Assembly: GCA_963716175.1 (NCBI GenBank)
Contig: OY970296.1
Location: 224,001-288,000, forward strand
Origin: an uncultured Armatimonadetes bacterium
GTDB taxonomy: Bacteria; Armatimonadota; Hebobacteria; Hebobacterales; Hebobacteraceae
DNA length: 64,000 nt
Direction of reading: 5' to 3'
Part shown: piece after piece, positions 60,730-64,000 of the stretch
Position numbering within the stretch: the first letter of the stretch is position 1
Layout: every line of letters begins with the position of its first letter
The notes under the pieces: model-generated
What the model was told of the DNA's origin: nothing
Databases searched by the model: none
Seen by the model: the letters and a program-made list of their open reading frames with translations, nothing else
Program-made: the position numbers and the translations under genes

Positions 60730-60930
60730 CTCACGTCGGCACCGGGAGTCGCAGGTGCGGATCGTCCCTCGGGCGTAACCTTGCGCACGGTGGTGTTGGG
60801 GCTGGTATTGGTTGTCGGATTCGCCTTTTTCATCCCCTATCTCAGCGATGTCAGGGATGGCCCGGACCTTGGCATCCGCCCGATCAACGGGGCCCTCCGT
60901 GCTCGCTCTCCTCCTCGTGCTCGGCCCATC
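60730..60930 (+). pseudogene. Truncated N-terminus of a fourth DUF6785-like gene
   Basis: GVTLRTVVLGLVLVV...PY resembles GVTWRAV/GVTRRAV/ITPRSI...PY of the intact copies; second TM in a shifted frame. Confidence 0.5.
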
Positions 60931-61135
60931 CCACCCGCCCACCGCGCCCGAAGTGACGCTGGGAGCCATCGCGCGAGTCCTGCCCTGGGAGCCATGGGCC
61001 GCATCGGGTGCGCGGGCAGCTATCGCGCTCTGGCGCGGCGACACGCGAACGGAGGGCCGACTGCCCTTGTCGGCCCCCCGCATTGCTCATCCCCCACTGC
61101 TGAAGAACAGACCCTCTGACCTGTGCCAGCGCCTG

Positions 61136-61657
61136 CTAGCGCCCGTGGCGACGTCGCAGACCTACCCCGAGGAGCAGCGCGAGACCGGACCCCAGCAGCA
61201 CCATCGAGGTCGGCTCAGGCACCGCGTGGTGGCAATTGCCCGCCCAGAACGTATACACGTCATTCGGCTGGCGCACGTGGAGAGCGAAGTGGGTCTGATC
61301 CCAGTGGGTCGCGCCGAGTTTGCCCCATTCCCATCCACCGTTCAGCGACGTCCAGTTCGCATCATTTGCCAGGGAGTTGCCGCCGTCGTAGCCGTAGCCG
61401 TACCCGGAACCACCAGGGGGGTCGGCAAGCCCGTCCAGATTGCCCACGTACGGGACGAAGGCCCTGAAGCTCCAGCCATTCGCGGGAGGAGTCACTGTGA
61501 CCGTGTGGTAGGTGAGCCCGCCACTCTGGCTTAGGTTAACTCCGAAGTCGGTCCGGGGCTGGATGGCATTCCAACTCGGCCACGGATCGGCGCTCGCACA
61601 GGTTGCGAGCAGAGCCACAAATGCCAATCCAACCACGATCATCCAGAAACCACGCAT
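61136..61657 (-). CDS. PEP-CTERM sorting domain protein
   Basis: Signal peptide; C-terminal VPEP + TM helix + RRRHGR; AAGGAGG RBS. Confidence 0.92.
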   Translation of the reverse strand: MRGFWMIVVGLAFVALLATCASADPWPSWNAIQPRTDFGVNLSQSGGLTYHTVTVTPPANGWSFRAFVPYVGNLDGLADPPGGSGYGYGYDGGNSLANDANWTSLNGGWEWGKLGATHWDQTHFALHVRQPNDVYTFWAGNCHHAVPEPTSMVLLGSGLALLLGVGLRRRHGR

Positions 61658-61805
61658 CTTCTTGCCCTCCTTCAAGATCCTGCCTGACCTCGGTCGAATG
61701 GCTCGCCGGGTGCAAGAGCCGGGCTGACGAATTGTCTTGAGACCATATCTGGCGCACGCGCTCTTCTGCAAGTCCGCGTGCTCCTGACGCCAACCTCAGA
61801 GACAC

Positions 61806-61820
61806 GCACAATCCGTGCCT
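61806..61820 (-). promoter_or_regulatory. Sigma-54-like -24/-12 promoter candidate for the PEP-CTERM gene
   Basis: AGGCACGGATTGTGC (GG-N10-GC). Confidence 0.4.
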
Positions 61821-62098
61821 AGCGCCACCCTGAGGCGATCTGCCGAGCATCAGGCCTCCTGGCCTTCGCTCCCCCGGCAACTCCTCAGGACCACCCTTGC
61901 CCACCTGCCGGCCCTGCGGCCCAACCCGGTGCGCGCCCAGCCTGCCACGGCCCGGCATATAACTGATCCTGTGCGCAACCGTCTACTCTCCCGGGAAGCA
62001 AGAAACATGCCAGGGACCGTCCGAATCCGATACTGCTCGTCGCCCGGCGTGGCCTGGGCGCAGCTAGACGTATCAGAGCATCTGTGGTAGGCCTCCTG

Positions 62099-62114
62099 TG
62101 GCCCGATTCTTGCA
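62099..62114 (+). promoter_or_regulatory. Sigma-54-like -24/-12 promoter candidate for the exosortase gene
   Basis: TGGCCCGATTCTTGCA, one mismatch to TGGCACG-N4-TTGCW. Confidence 0.55.
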
Positions 62115-62133
62115 TAGGGACTGACGGAACTGG

Positions 62134-63753
62134 ATGGGTAGTGATGTGAGCAGCATGGGACTGAGTCGCGCCGGCGCCACCGGCTGCCGAGTGGTGGCTG
62201 CGAGAGCGGCCGGGCCGGTGGTGCTGGCAGCGGCCATGGTCCTGCTTTACTGGCCGGTGTTGGCGGGGATGGCAACCTCGTGGGCGAAGGACGAGAATGC
62301 CTCCCACGGGTTCCTCATCCCACCGATCGCAGCCTACCTGGCCCTGGGTCGCTACCGGGCGGCGCGTGCCAGCGCCAGGCCGTGGGGCTGGGGGATGCTA
62401 GCGGTTACGGTTGGGCTGGCGCTGTATACCCTGGGCATCTTCGCCTCCGTCGAGTTCCTGCCACAGGTCTCCTTGCTGGTGGTGCTGGGGGGAATCTGTC
62501 TCTACTTGTGGGGCCCGCAGACGTGCAGCCGACTGTGGTTCCCTCTTGCCTTCCTGTGGTTCATGATCCCCTTACCGGACACGCTCGTAGAGTTTCTCAG
62601 TTTCCCCATGCAGCTATCCTCGGCGAGATTCGCAACCATGCTAGTGGGGCTAGCCGGAATGCCCGTTGCCCGGGAGGGCGTGGACATCCATCTCAGAGAC
62701 TACACCTTCTCGGTTGGGCCTGCGTGCAGTGGGATGAAGTCGCTGATTGCCTTGCTCGCGGTGGCGGCACTCGCTTCCTATCTGCTGAACGGTCCGAGGT
62801 GGAAACGGTGGACCGTGTTCGCTGCCGCGCTGCCACTGTCACTCTTGGCCAATGCTATCCGCATCTCATGCGTTCTTGCCATCGCAAGCACCTGGGGGGA
62901 GAAGACAGCCGCAGGGTTCCTGCACGGGTTCTCGGGCGTGGTCGTCTTTCTGCTAGTCACCCTGGGCCTGGCAGCAGCGGGCCGCGGTCTTGGCCTGCAC
63001 TTCCGGCCTCGGACAGCAGCTGTGGCGGATCACGGCCAATCGGCTCTCGGGGACAGCAAGCCCGCGTCCGAGCCTGGGGAAGACAGCAATCGCTCGGTCT
63101 CGCGCCGCCCCGGAAGAGCAGTGACATGGAGGCCCTACGCGGTACTAGTGGCCCTGCTGGCAGTAACCCAGGGAGTAGCTGCTGCTTGCAGGCAGGCAGG
63201 CGTGCATGACACCGCACTCCAGACGAACCTTTCCCAGGTTGCGGTGAGGACAGCTAGCTGGCAGGGGCGGGACTCGGGCCAGCTCGATCCACTCAGCCAG
63301 ACGATGCTGCGCCCGGATGCTTACCTGAGGCGGATATACACGCGCCGCGATAGGCCTCCTGTTGAGCTAGCTGTGATCGTAGGGCACAGCAAAGATACTT
63401 TCCACTCGCCTGGCCTGTGCCTGGTCGGAGGCGGCTGGAACGTCAGGCAGAAGAGCCGAGTGACGCTCGACCTGGCGCGCAGCACGAGGCTCACGGCCAA
63501 CGAGTTCTGGCTGGAGCGGCCAGGTGAGCGGCAGCTCGTGCTATACTGGTATGCCTCGCACGGAGAGACTACTCCGAGCTGGGTCGTGTTCCAATACCGG
63601 CTCCTGCGCAACCGGTTGACAGGAGCGCAGACCAGGGGAGCGCTAGTCCGACTGGCGACACCGGTCGGCGAGTCCGAAGAGCAAGCCTCCAAGGTGGCGC
63701 AAGACCTCATCCGGGAGCTCGACGAAAGCCTGGACAAAGCGATGGCGCTGTAA
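62134..63753 (+). CDS. Exosortase (EpsH) fused to an EpsI-like C-terminal domain
   Basis: SHGFLIP, F.IPLP, ACSG, N..R, H; then L.PD.Y..R.Y, HSP..CL.G.GW, YWY. Confidence 0.9.
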   Translation: MGSDVSSMGLSRAGATGCRVVAARAAGPVVLAAAMVLLYWPVLAGMATSWAKDENASHGFLIPPIAAYLALGRYRAARASARPWGWGMLAVTVGLALYTLGIFASVEFLPQVSLLVVLGGICLYLWGPQTCSRLWFPLAFLWFMIPLPDTLVEFLSFPMQLSSARFATMLVGLAGMPVAREGVDIHLRDYTFSVGPACSGMKSLIALLAVAALASYLLNGPRWKRWTVFAAALPLSLLANAIRISCVLAIASTWGEKTAAGFLHGFSGVVVFLLVTLGLAAAGRGLGLHFRPRTAAVADHGQSALGDSKPASEPGEDSNRSVSRRPGRAVTWRPYAVLVALLAVTQGVAAACRQAGVHDTALQTNLSQVAVRTASWQGRDSGQLDPLSQTMLRPDAYLRRIYTRRDRPPVELAVIVGHSKDTFHSPGLCLVGGGWNVRQKSRVTLDLARSTRLTANEFWLERPGERQLVLYWYASHGETTPSWVVFQYRLLRNRLTGAQTRGALVRLATPVGESEEQASKVAQDLIRELDESLDKAMAL

Positions 63754-63803
63754 CGGTAGCGGAGCGGGCACGATCCACGAGGCCCGAGAGCAGTGGAGGA
63801 GGG

Positions 63804-64000
63804 ATGATGGAGGAGGGAACACGGCCCTCTCCAGTCCTCGCGAACGAAACGGCCGGCAGAACGCGCCTGGTGGTCCTGCATCTAGCGTGGCTGCTGCCGG
63901 TTCTCATCATCCAGATGTGGTTCTTCCGTACCCACTTCCGCGGGCTGCGGGCGGCCGAGGCCATGGACGCTGCCCAGGTCGGAAGGCACATCAGCGAGGG
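63804..64000 (+). CDS. 5' part of a membrane protein, possibly a GT-C (ArnT/PMT-like) glycosyltransferase
   Basis: GGAGGAGG RBS; TM followed by FRGL...EAMD.AQVGR.I.EG; truncated by window edge. Confidence 0.5.
   Translation, partial: MMEEGTRPSPVLANETAGRTRLVVLHLAWLLPVLIIQMWFFRTHFRGLRAAEAMDAAQVGRHISE

Overview
High-GC bacterial DNA, probably from an Armatimonadota-like organism (inferred from the gene families, not verified). The window is mostly glycan/peptide-scavenging loci. It holds three prepilin-type N-terminal/H-X9-DG (DUF1559-like) genes, three intact ~660-aa DUF6785/DUF6784-like polytopic membrane proteins plus a remnant of a fourth, two AraC regulators, GH29 fucosidase, a heparinase II/III-like lyase, a beta-helix glycosidase-like protein, a sulfatase-like enzyme, three URO-D-family proteins, nitrilases and peptidases. 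It also carries a MacAB-type exporter, Wzm/Wzt, a two-subunit molybdopterin oxidoreductase and a PEP-CTERM/exosortase pair. The best candidate for a new system is a recurring cassette of pilin-like gene, conserved GGGCGGAGC...GCTCCGCCC hairpin and DUF6785-like permease inside PUL-like clusters, a possible SusD/SusC analogue. At least seven genes carry small indels, most likely long-read consensus errors. No rRNA, tRNA, CRISPR array or transposase was recognised. Family names are from motif recognition and were not confirmed by database search.
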